DNA of 64,000 nucleotides from a virus (taxonomy: Duplodnaviria; Caudoviricetes): positions 577 to 64,576 of IMG/VR virus record IMGVR_UViG_3300034106_005441; one strand, given 5' to 3'. Shown here one piece after another: positions 48,670-57,924 of this stretch. The notes beneath the pieces were generated by a model. That model did not search any database, was not told where the DNA came from, and saw nothing but the letters and a program-made list of their open reading frames with translations. Every line of letters begins with the position of its first letter. Positions within the stretch are counted from its first letter, which is position 1. The position numbers and the translations under genes were made by a program.

Positions 48670-48930
48670 TTATCGCGAAATAGTGTCCCCGCGCGGTGGA
48701 CCCTCGCAGTCGGGGCATTTCGTCCATTCATGGTTGTCGCCGGAGCGCACACGACCGGTGCCATTGCACGTGGTGCAATCTTTTGTCGGCACTTTTGGCT
48801 TCACTACTTTTGGTGTCGGCAGCAGCGACGCATAAGCGGCATCGGCGGCGATCAAACCCACATAGTCGGGCTGCGTGGGCTGCGGCACAGGAAAAAGAAA
48901 CGCCAATAAGGCCAGTAACCACTTGAACAT
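48670..48930 (-). CDS. Small exported/membrane protein with DnaJ-type Zn finger
   Basis: Hydrophobic N-terminus MFKWLLALLAFLF; CTTCNGTG...CPDC. Confidence 0.6.
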   Translation of the reverse strand: MFKWLLALLAFLFPVPQPTQPDYVGLIAADAAYASLLPTPKVVKPKVPTKDCTTCNGTGRVRSGDNHEWTKCPDCEGPPRGDTISR

Positions 48931-49009
48931 ATGTGCCTCTTGGATGTTTGGCGCAGAATAGCCTAAAAAAGTTATGTCGTTCCGCGCGACAGATCAATTT
49001 GACGTGTCG

Positions 49010-50035
49010 CTAAATGTTGCCTTTTGCGCCATATGACTTCAACTTTTTGGGCGGCCAGCCGTTAACGCCAGAGAACGCGATCATGCCACGATTCTTCATA
49101 TCCGACCACTTCGACCAGAACGAGCCGACAGGAATGTCGTACTTGGTGCCGTAAATACGCGTGCCGCCTTCGTTCCACTCACCCCATGAATTTTGAATTA
49201 ACACCAGCGGCTCGCCGTATAGTTTTTTAATCTCGTCGCGATCGTCCACGGCCAGATAGGCGAGGGCGTGCGCCCAACCCTTTGGCGTGCGCTTAGATAC
49301 GCCGAACTCGTCGCGAACGTTAGACCACGACTCGCTACCACAACTGGTTATACAGTACCCATTCGCCAACAAGTCGCGGAGTTGTTCGTAATCTTTAACG
49401 TCAGTAGCGGTGCGGATTAAATGGTTTTTGCCGATCCCCAGCCACGATTCGGGAGGCGTGCGGGAGCCATAGATGCCGGCGTTGCGCGCGCTGTATGTCG
49501 TCAGATCAACACCGATCTCGTCGTACTTTTTACGCAGCCACAAGCCGCTTTCCTTGAGCGCCACCTGCGCGGCGGCGCCGCACGACCAACCGTCGCCGCC
49601 GTGCCGGCGCCAATTGTAAAACGCTTCGGTCGAAAGCACGCCAAACATGCGGGCGGCTTCGCTGACTTCCGGGGCGCCCTCTAACTTACCGGTTACTTCG
49701 TCTGGTTTGCCGCTGGTAATCTCGCAGCACATAGTGCCCAATCCGGCGTTTCGCGTCGACCAACTGACGCAGTCGCCGCGGCCCTGAGCGCCGCCGGGCA
49801 GCGAATCCGGATACAACTCCAGAATCTCCAGCACCGGCAGACTTAACTTGCCTTTGCCGCTATCAGCAATGCCCTGCGATTGACACGCCATGGCGCCGTC
49901 GGGAATACCGCCGGCAGAACGCACAAAATCCCACAGCGCCTCGTCGGCAGCCGGATCGGCGTAGGCTCCGATAAAGCCTTTTTCGTATGTCGAGACGATG
50001 TCGTCAAGATTTGTAAAAAACTGCTCGTCAGCCAT
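49010..50035 (-). CDS. Papain-like (C1) cysteine peptidase
   Basis: QGRGDCVSWS (oxyanion Gln and catalytic Cys), WAHALAYL (His), IQNSWG (Asn). Confidence 0.85.
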   Translation of the reverse strand: MADEQFFTNLDDIVSTYEKGFIGAYADPAADEALWDFVRSAGGIPDGAMACQSQGIADSGKGKLSLPVLEILELYPDSLPGGAQGRGDCVSWSTRNAGLGTMCCEITSGKPDEVTGKLEGAPEVSEAARMFGVLSTEAFYNWRRHGGDGWSCGAAAQVALKESGLWLRKKYDEIGVDLTTYSARNAGIYGSRTPPESWLGIGKNHLIRTATDVKDYEQLRDLLANGYCITSCGSESWSNVRDEFGVSKRTPKGWAHALAYLAVDDRDEIKKLYGEPLVLIQNSWGEWNEGGTRIYGTKYDIPVGSFWSKWSDMKNRGMIAFSGVNGWPPKKLKSYGAKGNI

Positions 50036-50048
50036 TTTAAACCCCTAC

Positions 50049-50510
50049 TTAGCGGGCCGACGCGATGATCACATCGCAGGCCTTGACGAGTTTGCTCTGC
50101 ATCAGCAGCGTAACCGGGTTGACGACGCTCGGGTCGGTATCAGCGTCCTTAACGGCCGCGGCGAACACAGCCTCAATCGCTGCGTCCAAGCCTTCATACT
50201 TACCCGGAGTCGCTATCGCCATCTGCAGCGTCCGGGCATGCAGTTCTTCAAACTTCTCTGTCGTATTGACGCGCGCGGCATTATCTCGGTTCAACACTTC
50301 TTTTAAACCAGTGTACACGCTGACGACGCGCGCTTTGTCAGCCGCAGTTGCGCCGGTCAGCGCTTTGACAATCGCCGCGTCGGGTTCAGCCGACACGGCT
50401 ACGTCGTCTACCGCCACCGGCTTCGAGAAATACTTCGAAACGTTAATCCCGTTGGGGAAAAACACTGCGAAACCCAGCAAAACGCCAGCGGCCAGCACAA
50501 GCTTTTTCAT
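50049..50510 (-). CDS. Exported or membrane-anchored hypothetical protein
   Basis: N-terminal signal or TM segment MKKLVLAAGVLLGFAVFF. Confidence 0.65.
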   Translation of the reverse strand: MKKLVLAAGVLLGFAVFFPNGINVSKYFSKPVAVDDVAVSAEPDAAIVKALTGATAADKARVVSVYTGLKEVLNRDNAARVNTTEKFEELHARTLQMAIATPGKYEGLDAAIEAVFAAAVKDADTDPSVVNPVTLLMQSKLVKACDVIIASAR

Positions 50511-50534
50511 AGCATACTCTCCAGCAAAAATACG

Positions 50535-50801
50535 TCAGGCAACAGGTTTCTTAGTGTGCTCGACAATCACGCGCAGCAAGTTCGTGCACGCCTCAACGCC
50601 CTCGGCGCAATTTTCGGCCGCCAGCTTGTCGCGCAGTTCGGTGACAGCAATTAAATCGTTCACAATTGTCAACGCAATTGACTGTTCGCTCGACGGTACG
50701 CGGTCAAGACGACTAGCTACTAACGCCCACAGCTGCTTGCGATATGTAACCGCCGTCAGCGCCACAAAAACACCCAAACACACAGACTGAAAAGTTGTCA
50801 T
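50535..50801 (-). CDS. Small single-TM protein
   Basis: 88 aa, N-terminal hydrophobic helix, AGGAG RBS. Confidence 0.6.
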   Translation of the reverse strand: MTTFQSVCLGVFVALTAVTYRKQLWALVASRLDRVPSSEQSIALTIVNDLIAVTELRDKLAAENCAEGVEACTNLLRVIVEHTKKPVA

Positions 50802-50831
50802 TGCATATCTCCTTGGACTAGGCCAATTTTA

Positions 50832-51644
50832 TCAGGTTTGCGGCACAAGTACATACGGCCGGCCGTTAATCATAATCCGCCCACCAATTTTTAGGCCAGC
50901 GTCTTTTGTTAACGGATACTTGCTTTTGCGCTTGCCATACAATTTTACAATCTCTTCAATATCGCCTGCTCGGGGCGCTGTGCAGTTCGGATCGTAATAG
51001 GGTGCCATTAAGTTACCAGCGTTTAAATGCGCCAAACCCAACGCGTGACCAATCTCGTGGCACATGACCGCGACCGCCATGTTAAAAGACCAGTCTTCGG
51101 CTTCGTCAAACATTTGGTCGAGTTGCATATTCTCCGCTACGCCACACGGAAGCTCGCTCCACGCTAATGTGCCGCCGCGAGCGTCGAGATTGTTTCTCTT
51201 GCCGACACCCGAACGCGCGTAAATGTTGGCGTGCTCCTGGCGCTCTACACGCGTGGGTTCCAGATTGCAGACCTCGGCCCACTGCGAAAACGCTACGTCA
51301 TACGCTTCTTTAATTTGCTCGTCGCTGAGGTTAGGAAGTTTAATGTCGTGGTAATACGTGACTTTGCTCATAGGCCACTTGCATGGGTCGGCAGCTGAGG
51401 TCAGATTAAAGTCCGGCAAGCCGCAGCGTAATTTACGAATGCGGTGCGCGGTTTTTTCATTCACCTCGCCGTTCGCTTCTAAACCATTAAATTTTTGATA
51501 AGCGCGCACGGCTTTCTGCAATTCGGCGCCCTTGAGCTTCTTTACAGCGGCCCAAGTTTTATCGCCGAAGTAACCGTAGTTGTACAGAAACTTGAGCACG
51601 TCATCGACCGGCAACACGCTATTGAGTGTAGACTTCCGTGTCAT
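50832..51644 (-). CDS. Matrixin (M10A) zinc metalloprotease with propeptide
   Basis: PGBD-like prodomain (FLYNYGYF...AVRAYQKFNGLEANG), cysteine switch RCGLPD, HEIGHALGLAH, Met-turn LMAPYY. Confidence 0.9.
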   Translation of the reverse strand: MTRKSTLNSVLPVDDVLKFLYNYGYFGDKTWAAVKKLKGAELQKAVRAYQKFNGLEANGEVNEKTAHRIRKLRCGLPDFNLTSAADPCKWPMSKVTYYHDIKLPNLSDEQIKEAYDVAFSQWAEVCNLEPTRVERQEHANIYARSGVGKRNNLDARGGTLAWSELPCGVAENMQLDQMFDEAEDWSFNMAVAVMCHEIGHALGLAHLNAGNLMAPYYDPNCTAPRAGDIEEIVKLYGKRKSKYPLTKDAGLKIGGRIMINGRPYVLVPQT

Positions 51645-51653
51645 ACTCGCACC

Positions 51654-52067
51654 TTATTTGTTGGACGCGCGAACAATGTCAATGATGTCGGCGCGATTGG
51701 AAGATTTAATTGCGTTAACAGCTGCGGTAAAAAACGGGTTGTGGCGCGCTTTTGTAACGCCGTTTTTTACGCAGTGCTGGGCCCACAACACGTTTAACCG
51801 GCGCTTGAGCCGCATTAACTTGCGCGGCGGCAACAAATGCACGTTGGCGATATCTAGCTCCACGTCGGCGATGGACCGACTCTGGGTGCACAGACCGATC
51901 ACCTGCAGAATGACCGAAATAATGAACAGAATAGTGAACGGGTCGACTCCGTAACTATTCTGTTCTTCTTCCGCCAGCAATTCTGCCAACAACCGCTGCT
52001 CTAGGCTTTTAAGGCCGGTACAGCGATCAATTTTAGATTGCAGCGCGACCAGTTCTTCATGTGTCAC
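51654..52067 (-). CDS. Hypothetical single-TM protein
   Basis: DPFTILFIISVILQVIGLC hydrophobic segment. Confidence 0.6.
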   Translation of the reverse strand: MTHEELVALQSKIDRCTGLKSLEQRLLAELLAEEEQNSYGVDPFTILFIISVILQVIGLCTQSRSIADVELDIANVHLLPPRKLMRLKRRLNVLWAQHCVKNGVTKARHNPFFTAAVNAIKSSNRADIIDIVRASNK

Positions 52068-52429
52068 GAAGCGCGCATCCTTTCGATCGTTACCGACTCT
52101 ACGTACTGGTACTTCATGCGCAGCATTTGCGATTTAAGCTCCAGCCGACCGGAAATAAGCTTCCAGATTAACAAAGAGTTCACTACGATCACCTCGCTGG
52201 CGCCGATCAACGCCGCAACAGCTTTCGTCAGCGTCTCTACGTCCGAGCTATGCAGCCAGCCAACGAGCGCCAAAACCGCCAACAGGTTTGAAAGCGTCGT
52301 CACCGCAGTTGTCGCCAGTTCCGGCGTCAGCCACTTTGTGACAATAGCTTTTTCCTCGTCGCCAAAAAAATCTGTGAAAATGCGCAGGTCCTCAACAGGA
52401 GCAGAAACCGGTTTCTTAGCTGTAGACAT
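52064..52429 (-). CDS. Two-TM holin-like protein
   Basis: 121 aa, two hydrophobic helices, charged C-terminus. Confidence 0.45.
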   Translation of the reverse strand: MSTAKKPVSAPVEDLRIFTDFFGDEEKAIVTKWLTPELATTAVTTLSNLLAVLALVGWLHSSDVETLTKAVAALIGASEVIVVNSLLIWKLISGRLELKSQMLRMKYQYVESVTIERMRAS

Positions 52430-52440
52430 AGTGCACCTTT

Positions 52441-53421
52441 TTACGCGCGGTTAAACATAGCGGGCACGATCGCGTGCATCATGCCGCCCCAGAGTCCCAT
52501 ATCTTGTAGTTTTTCCTGGCCCAACGGCGTCAAGCCGGCCATAGCCGATAACGCCCGGCCGGCAATATTAGCTGTCGCCAACCCCACCCCGGCGGACGCA
52601 ATCCCCCGAATAACATCGACGGGCCGAATAATCGGCGACCGTTGTGCCGTACTGATGCCCGACATTAAACCCGTTGTCGCGGCGGCGTAGGCCGGCGGTG
52701 TGAACTGACTACCACCATTATACATTCCGCGCTGGACATCTTGCCATGCGGCCTGATTAAACTGCGGAACAGACACGGTCGGCGCAAACAAATGCTGATT
52801 GTTAAACCGATCAAAACCAACTTTTTCGCCGGGCGCGGTTATAGGTGTGTTGTTTGGCGTAATCCATGATTTCCAAAAACCGATGTCGGGTCGGGTGCGC
52901 GACACGCCATAAGCGTTATTAAGCCCAACTAAACCACCGCCAGCCAGCCCCAGCATGCCAAGATTACGCCGAAGTTTGCCGCGCTCTAAATACCGCTCTG
53001 GAAACAGGTTTTCTGCCAGCGCGCCAGCGCCGTACCCAGCGCCGCCCAGCATCAAGCCGGACACAATCGCGTTGGACAGCGGCGTCGGGCCGCCCAGCAT
53101 TTTGTGGCCGAAATCAAACGCGTGACTAATACCCGAAATAGCGGCTGCTTTGATTAAAATCTCGCGGTTCCAGTCAGGCGCTGTTTTGTGCGACCGTAAA
53201 ATTACACAGCGGTTATTGTCGACAGCTAATTTTGACAGCCGCTTCGGATTTGGGCGATAGAGCACCAGCACGTTATCCGCTGTGTCCCATGTCGCCAGCG
53301 AACCGGCCAAATCGCCCGTCTGCGCCGCAATTTTTTCGTACGCTACTCGCAGACGGGTGGCCTGCGGCAGCATTTCCGCCACGACATCGGGTACAGTTTT
53401 CCATTCCTGCAGCGTGCTCAT
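52441..53421 (-). CDS. Hypothetical Gly-rich hydrophobic protein
   Basis: 326 aa, glycine-zipper segments, KxA motifs. Confidence 0.65.
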   Translation of the reverse strand: MSTLQEWKTVPDVVAEMLPQATRLRVAYEKIAAQTGDLAGSLATWDTADNVLVLYRPNPKRLSKLAVDNNRCVILRSHKTAPDWNREILIKAAAISGISHAFDFGHKMLGGPTPLSNAIVSGLMLGGAGYGAGALAENLFPERYLERGKLRRNLGMLGLAGGGLVGLNNAYGVSRTRPDIGFWKSWITPNNTPITAPGEKVGFDRFNNQHLFAPTVSVPQFNQAAWQDVQRGMYNGGSQFTPPAYAAATTGLMSGISTAQRSPIIRPVDVIRGIASAGVGLATANIAGRALSAMAGLTPLGQEKLQDMGLWGGMMHAIVPAMFNRA

Positions 53422-55478
53422 TGCGGCCGTCCAAATGCAGCGTTTAACAAATGATCGCCGTTGTTGTAAATAACCTGCTCGGCAAGGTTGGGTTCTTCCA
53501 TTTCACCGCGCATGGCTTTCATGGCCAATTCGTATCGGTACTGCGGGCTTAACGTCGCCATGTACTGCTGGTGATTCCGGCGCGAGTTAATCATAAAGTC
53601 GCCTCGGCGTTTGACGTCCATTAACTGACTGCGCACATTTTCAAACACTGGCTTGTTGTAGTCGTAAACAATCGGACGGCGCAGACTGTACATATTGCGC
53701 AACTGATTCATGTACACGTTTTCGGCTGCTTTTACGGTCGGCGGGATGATAGCTGGATCGGTATGCAGCCTAAATTTCGTGGGCTTGTGCGTGACGCCTT
53801 TGTGGTAGGGTTTCGGGTCGTCTACTATCCAGTCCTGTGGAGCTTTGGCCATAAGCCGCCGTAAGATGTCCGTCTTTTCAGCGTACCGTTTGTTGTCGGA
53901 GTGTTCTTTAGCCAAGAGCAGCTGCGCTAATACGTCTTTGTGCGCGGCAATACTGCGCTTCTCTATTTCTTTGATTTTTTCGTAGTAGCTCTTGTCTTCG
54001 GACAGGTGATCCTTGGCAATTTCTTTGGCGGCTTGATCATTATTTGTGTGTTCGTACTCATGTTTGGCTCCTTCGGCTAACGCGGCTGGGGAAAATTCCC
54101 GATCGGGTAAATTGTCGGCTACACCACCATGTAAAACGTCTTTTTGTCCCGAGCGGGAAAGTTCGGAAGATTGTTTATTTACAGCGTTGTCTATGATGTG
54201 TTGAATGGCTGCCATTCGTCCGTGTGCAACTGGCGGCAACATGAATTGTTTGTCTTGCATCAACGCGAGTGCTTTTTCCGGGTTGTAAAACCTGCGGTTG
54301 GTTGCACTCCAAAAATCAAGATTTTTGTTTCTCTGTTTGTTAACAAAATCAGCTACGACAAAATGCGTGCGTGAGCCCGCAAAGTTTCTGCCCGTGCGGG
54401 CTCTGTAATCATCACTCCACGGATTATCGACTGGCGGTATTGGCAACAAAACCGGATTGGCGGCCTGAATGCCTGTTTCTTCAGCCAGTTCCCGTACGGC
54501 TGCCTGCTCGGGAGTTTCGCCGGGGTCAAGACCGCCGCCCGGAGCCGCAAAAGATTTATCTTCAGCCCACTGGCCGCCATAAATTTTGCCGGTTCTTGGG
54601 TGTCGAGTTAATATCTCAACGCGTTCCCGCCACGGAAGTTCGGAAGCCACTTTCGGTACGGCGAGCGACGGATACCCGGCTGTCTCCTGAAACTTCTTGA
54701 GCCGGGCGGCGAGCAGTTCTTTCTGCTGCTGGCTTCTCAGCCACGCATTGGCTATTAAAGCCAGATCAGTCATTTCTTTGTCGACATTACCGCCGGTGTT
54801 AATCGCAGCCTGCGTGTCTGTCAGATGTTTCGGCAAAGCGGCAAGAATGTGCTCACGCTCGCCCCACTTGGGGGCCAACTTTGTTAAATCTGCCGCAGCG
54901 GCCTTACGTACTTCGTTGTCCTGCAGCACTTTCTTGCGCCGTACAGCGACGGTTATGTGAAACGCGTGGTCGCCATTCATGCGCGGCGACAGGCCATAGC
55001 TTTTGCGAAGCGTGGCGAGTTCCGGGCTCGATATCTCAATCACCCAGACCTTGCTCACGCCATCGACATTGCGGACGTCGATCTCTTTCATACCGCCGAG
55101 CTTGTACGAGAACATGTGCCCGCGCTCGTTAATATTGTCGACGCCGATTTTATTGACTTCGTCGGCGTTCATCACAGAGATATGCGCGTTTAGGACATCG
55201 GCGTCCACGTTTGGCGCATTCATCACGCCGGCAAGTGGAAGCTCAGTGCCGGTTACAGAAAGCGCGTCAAAAACACCGCGCACAAGAGCGTTGGGCACAG
55301 AAAGCAGCAGCCAGCCGGATTTAGCCAGATAGAGCCGGCCAGTGAGCGGGTAATTCGTCGCGGCCTGCTTGTTGCCGCGGTACAGCCAGCCAAAAGCGTT
55401 GCCGGCTTTGTATTCAGGCGTCTCGGCATAAAGCTCGGGCCGCCATGTGCGCTGATCTAGAACTGAGAAGCCATCCAT
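53418..55478 (-). CDS. Multidomain protein: 2H phosphoesterase, NUDIX hydrolase and further small domains
   Basis: Two HxS/T motifs (AHISV, FHITV); NUDIX box GGLDPGETPEQAAVRELAEETG; conserved-looking EGAKHEYEHT..AKEIAKDHL.E...YY domain. Confidence 0.8.
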   Translation of the reverse strand: MDGFSVLDQRTWRPELYAETPEYKAGNAFGWLYRGNKQAATNYPLTGRLYLAKSGWLLLSVPNALVRGVFDALSVTGTELPLAGVMNAPNVDADVLNAHISVMNADEVNKIGVDNINERGHMFSYKLGGMKEIDVRNVDGVSKVWVIEISSPELATLRKSYGLSPRMNGDHAFHITVAVRRKKVLQDNEVRKAAAADLTKLAPKWGEREHILAALPKHLTDTQAAINTGGNVDKEMTDLALIANAWLRSQQQKELLAARLKKFQETAGYPSLAVPKVASELPWRERVEILTRHPRTGKIYGGQWAEDKSFAAPGGGLDPGETPEQAAVRELAEETGIQAANPVLLPIPPVDNPWSDDYRARTGRNFAGSRTHFVVADFVNKQRNKNLDFWSATNRRFYNPEKALALMQDKQFMLPPVAHGRMAAIQHIIDNAVNKQSSELSRSGQKDVLHGGVADNLPDREFSPAALAEGAKHEYEHTNNDQAAKEIAKDHLSEDKSYYEKIKEIEKRSIAAHKDVLAQLLLAKEHSDNKRYAEKTDILRRLMAKAPQDWIVDDPKPYHKGVTHKPTKFRLHTDPAIIPPTVKAAENVYMNQLRNMYSLRRPIVYDYNKPVFENVRSQLMDVKRRGDFMINSRRNHQQYMATLSPQYRYELAMKAMRGEMEEPNLAEQVIYNNGDHLLNAAFGRPQ

Positions 55479-55638
55479 GGCAGCCCCGTGTATTTATTTT
55501 TGGGCCGCCGTCGCTGTCGTGGAGTAATTTTCTGGGTTGGCGGCGGAAACAGTACTGCACACCGAAATTGCGTGCGCCGATAAAAACATGGCCCAGCCGC
55601 AAAGCGCAGCCATTACCCACGCCATCAAGCTCAGTTGG

Positions 55639-56013
55639 TTACGGGTGTGTTGGTCCATGGTCATCGCTACTAGGGTGGCGGTGTGTCTCATCGCGGTCCC
55701 TCTCATGATTAATAATGATTTTAATGCCGGCGCCTGACAAGAGAGAAATAAGCACGTCCGTTAACGTCGAGCCGCCCATGCCAGCCAACACACAAACGCC
55801 GATCAGGCCGTGGATATTTGCGGCTTTTTGATAGTTTTCGTACCAAATCAGGGAAATAGCTAAACCCAGAAATCCGGCGTTCAGCATCGAGCTTACCACC
55901 GCTAGTTTAGAAAGTTTCTTGCTGAAACGCAAAAGCGTAGCCAGCCCAGCAAAAGCTGAGACGCCGAAGGCCGCTGCAAATACGGATAAAGACACTATAA
56001 CGTCATCAAACAT
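55639..56013 (-). CDS. Small multi-TM protein (holin-like)
   Basis: 124 aa, about 3 hydrophobic helices, charged C-terminal tail. Confidence 0.5.
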   Translation of the reverse strand: MFDDVIVSLSVFAAAFGVSAFAGLATLLRFSKKLSKLAVVSSMLNAGFLGLAISLIWYENYQKAANIHGLIGVCVLAGMGGSTLTDVLISLLSGAGIKIIINHERDRDETHRHPSSDDHGPTHP

Positions 56014-56034
56014 AAGCGTTTACGCAAAAATAAG

Positions 56035-56263
56035 GTGTGTACCGCAAGCCCCCGCGATCCCCTACCCGCGGGTCCGACCCTGACCGAAATCAGAGCTTCA
56101 CGACGACTTTCGAGGGCAAGAAATTCGCCCCGTGTGGTATTCGCCGCACCCCCAATCGTGTTCACGACTAAACCTGACCACGAAACCGTGTCGCCGTATT
56201 TACATCCCTGTAGCAACGGCAACCCTAACCGGCCGACCACCACGGCCAACTTACGGTACACAC
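56035..56263 (-). ncRNA. Candidate structured ncRNA (~230 nt)
   Basis: The 5' and 3' ends pair (GTGTGTACCGTAAG with CTTGCGGTACACAC); about 7 internal hairpins; TATAAT immediately upstream and a T-rich tail downstream. Confidence 0.6.
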
Positions 56264-56327
56264 TAATTATACAAACTACCGAGTATTGATCGGTAGTTCG
56301 GCGCCGCAAATTGTCAAAGAGCCGCTA

Positions 56328-56783
56328 CTAGATATAGCTTAGCGGCTCGTTGCTGCATAGGCCAGCTGGTTCGGCGTTTTCTAGCCAAGCGCGCTCGTAT
56401 GTTTCTGGCAGCATAGCGATCGAGCGCGAAACCAGCGTGTGGGGCGGCAGCGTCCAGATAAACTGCGCGCTTGTTAACGACATAAAATTGTCGCTGTATA
56501 AAAAACAGTGTGCGTTTACATTGCACAGCGCGTCGACAGTTTCGGCGTTGTAAGCGCGGCTCCACACTCGCTGCTTTGCCAGTATTGCCGGAGAGATAGT
56601 GTGGCAGCCATTCGCGTGCGGCAATAAAAACTGTCCATGTTTAAATACGACATCGACGCAAACGTGCCAGCCGTCTTTTAAAGCTTTTTGAATATACGGT
56701 AGTGTGTTTTCAAGTTCTGGCTGCGGGCCGTCGGTGTTTCCGAGGTGCGAAATAATAATGCCGCTAAAAGCCTGCCTGCCCAT
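56328..56783 (-). CDS. Glycerophosphodiester-phosphodiesterase-like protein (degenerate)
   Basis: IISHLGN..ENTLPYIQKAL..G.HVCVDV resembles the GDPD HRG..ENT..E.DV motif, with substitutions; start moved to ATG 56783. Confidence 0.5.
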   Translation of the reverse strand: MGRQAFSGIIISHLGNTDGPQPELENTLPYIQKALKDGWHVCVDVVFKHGQFLLPHANGCHTISPAILAKQRVWSRAYNAETVDALCNVNAHCFLYSDNFMSLTSAQFIWTLPPHTLVSRSIAMLPETYERAWLENAEPAGLCSNEPLSYI

Positions 56784-56887
56784 GAAGACATCCCTGTCGT
56801 TATTAACACGCTGCCGGCCAAAAACAGAAGCGCCCATCGTACCAACTGACGATGGGCGCGTCCACGATGCGACAGAAAAAAAAATAG

Positions 56888-57922
56888 TCAGAGCACTTTG
56901 GCTGCGATCAGACAACCGCGCGCCACAGCGTGCAGCGGATCGTTGGCATGCCGTACGGCTTTGACCGGCAGCGGGAACTCATTCTCTTCGAGCTTCTTGG
57001 CGAACAGATCGACGAAGCCCTTGGCCTGACTCGTGCCGCCCGCGATCACGACCGGCAGCGGATTCTTGAACTTGGGTAGCAGCTTGTGCCCCTTCATCGC
57101 GGCGGCCAGATTCTTTGTGGTGTAGTCGATGAGCCGCTCGTAATAGGAACTCACGGCGGCTAAAACAACATTATCGTTCGGTTGGCCGATGGTGAACTCG
57201 CCGTTCTCTTTCTCGGCTTGGACGACGCTATCGGGCTCGCCGGTTGCAATCGCCGACATTCGATCAATCCAATCGCCGGACTTCGTCGTCGAGAACATGA
57301 CGGTTGGTTCGCCGTTGAGCATGACGCAGCAGTTCACCATGCCCGCACCGCACGACAGCGCTACGCCGGTATATTCGTCATTCTCTAGTTCCGAGTAGCA
57401 CAGCGCCTCGGCTTCGTTGATGGCGCGCGCGTTATAGCCGCACGACGCCAAAACTGTCTTTACCACGTCTTCATGGTAGCCGACGTCGAACTCATCGTCT
57501 TCTTGATCCACGGGCTGCGCCGGCACGCAGAACACCAGCTTCTCGTCCTGCTCGGCTGCTTTGCCGCAGACCTGCTTAAGAATGTAAGCCAGCACCCGCT
57601 TGGCTTCTTTTTCTTTGGAACTCACGACGCCGCGGTACATCGGGCGCTTGGCTGACTCGTTGCGCTCAATAGCCTTCTCGATGGCGTCTTGGCCTAAAAT
57701 AATAAAAGTGCCGTCGTTATCTTTGACGAACACTTTGCCCTGCAGCCCTTTCTCGATCATCTTAGTCGCCACAGGGGTAGTGGGCTTGATGCAATAGAAG
57801 GCGTCGCGAAACTCTTTGTAGGTGGTGTATTCCGCCTTGTCGTCGCTCGTGAAGCTGACGGCTCCCTCGGTGTCACTGGCCAGCACGATGTACGAGGTGC
57901 CGACGTCGAGTCCTTTTGCCAT
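56888..57922 (-). CDS. Actin-like ATPase (MreB/ParM/FtsA superfamily)
   Basis: Phosphate 1 GLDVGTS, connect 1 INEAEA, phosphate 2 SCGAG, adenosine IAGGTS, connect 2 DPLHAVARG. Confidence 0.85.
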   Translation of the reverse strand: MAKGLDVGTSYIVLASDTEGAVSFTSDDKAEYTTYKEFRDAFYCIKPTTPVATKMIEKGLQGKVFVKDNDGTFIILGQDAIEKAIERNESAKRPMYRGVVSSKEKEAKRVLAYILKQVCGKAAEQDEKLVFCVPAQPVDQEDDEFDVGYHEDVVKTVLASCGYNARAINEAEALCYSELENDEYTGVALSCGAGMVNCCVMLNGEPTVMFSTTKSGDWIDRMSAIATGEPDSVVQAEKENGEFTIGQPNDNVVLAAVSSYYERLIDYTTKNLAAAMKGHKLLPKFKNPLPVVIAGGTSQAKGFVDLFAKKLEENEFPLPVKAVRHANDPLHAVARGCLIAAKVL

Positions 57923-57924
57923 GA

